Positions 19,658 to 20,000 of a stretch of DNA of 20,000 nucleotides are shown piece by piece. Made by a program: the position numbers and the translations under genes. The notes under the pieces are model-generated. The model ran no database searches and was not told the origin of the DNA. It was given only the letters and a program-made list of their open reading frames with translations. This stretch comes from Catajapyx aquilonaris (taxonomy: Eukaryota). How positions within the stretch are numbered: position 1 is the stretch's first letter; the number at the start of each line of letters is the position of its first letter. The stretch is from NCBI GenBank assembly GCA_000934665.2, contig KZ537974.1:170264-190263 (forward strand). The letters run 5' to 3'.

Positions 19658-20000
19658 AGTGCTCATTTGGACTAGGAAGTGTTGCAGCAATCTATTTTAG
19701 ATTATTTTGTTACTTTGAAATTTTTTCACGATTTTCCAATTTATTAAACTTTTCAATGGTAATTTTGAAACTGTCGTAAAATGAAGCAGAGTAAGATAGG
19801 TCCCACCCACGGTCATATAAGTAAGGTCTGGTCACTCCCACCCACCCCCTGCCGAGGCATTTTGCAGCGGCCACTCACCTGAGACCGCCAGGAGACATTT
19901 AGGAGGACACGATAAGTGGCGACCCTACCGGATTAGGCTGAACTTTATAGGTACGAAAGGGGAGGGCTACATGCTGGCCCAACATGGCCGCCGGCGGCCA

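Noticed and set aside
19357..19675. Mirror-image ORFs on both strands with similar peptides (NLVALHH.EF.T.V.PQL)
   Set aside because: Artefact of the inverted-repeat arms.
19985..20000. 16-bp palindrome TGGCCGCCGGCGGCCA
   Set aside because: Truncated at the window edge; may be the centre of another MITE but cannot be evaluated.
1..20000. Prokaryotic-type systems (CRISPR arrays, operons, defence islands) or a third copy of either alternative exon
   Set aside because: The sequence is clearly spliceosomal-intron eukaryotic DNA. No regularly spaced repeats and no additional exon copy were seen by eye; a tblastn with the exon peptides would settle the latter.

Overview
Eukaryotic, almost certainly arthropod, genomic DNA. 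Bases ~1344-14127 (+) hold the 3' half of a DN-cadherin-type (type III classical, CadN-like) gene. It encodes the last cadherin repeats, the non-chordate/EGF/laminin-G region, the transmembrane segment and the catenin-binding tail, and a probable ~3 kb 3' UTR follows. I traced 12 coding exons with GT-AG boundaries and consistent phases. They include two tandem pairs of duplicated, apparently mutually exclusive exons: 1344-1508/1723-1887 and 11093-11334/11558-11802, resembling Drosophila CadN exons 13a/b and 18a/b. The most interesting signal is in the introns around both pairs. Each has one 'docking'-like sequence complementary to two competing 'selector'-like sequences, one beside each alternative exon, and a folded RNA element buries the donor of exon 1344-1508. 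Together these suggest a Dscam-style competing RNA-structure splicing switch. This is a by-eye prediction and needs covariation and minigene tests. After a small assembly gap, the first two coding exons of the spliceosomal SmB gene start at 18247. Introns carry a hAT-type MITE with a nested insert, a tRNA-derived SINE and fold-back elements. CpG content drops sharply at about 6.5 kb.
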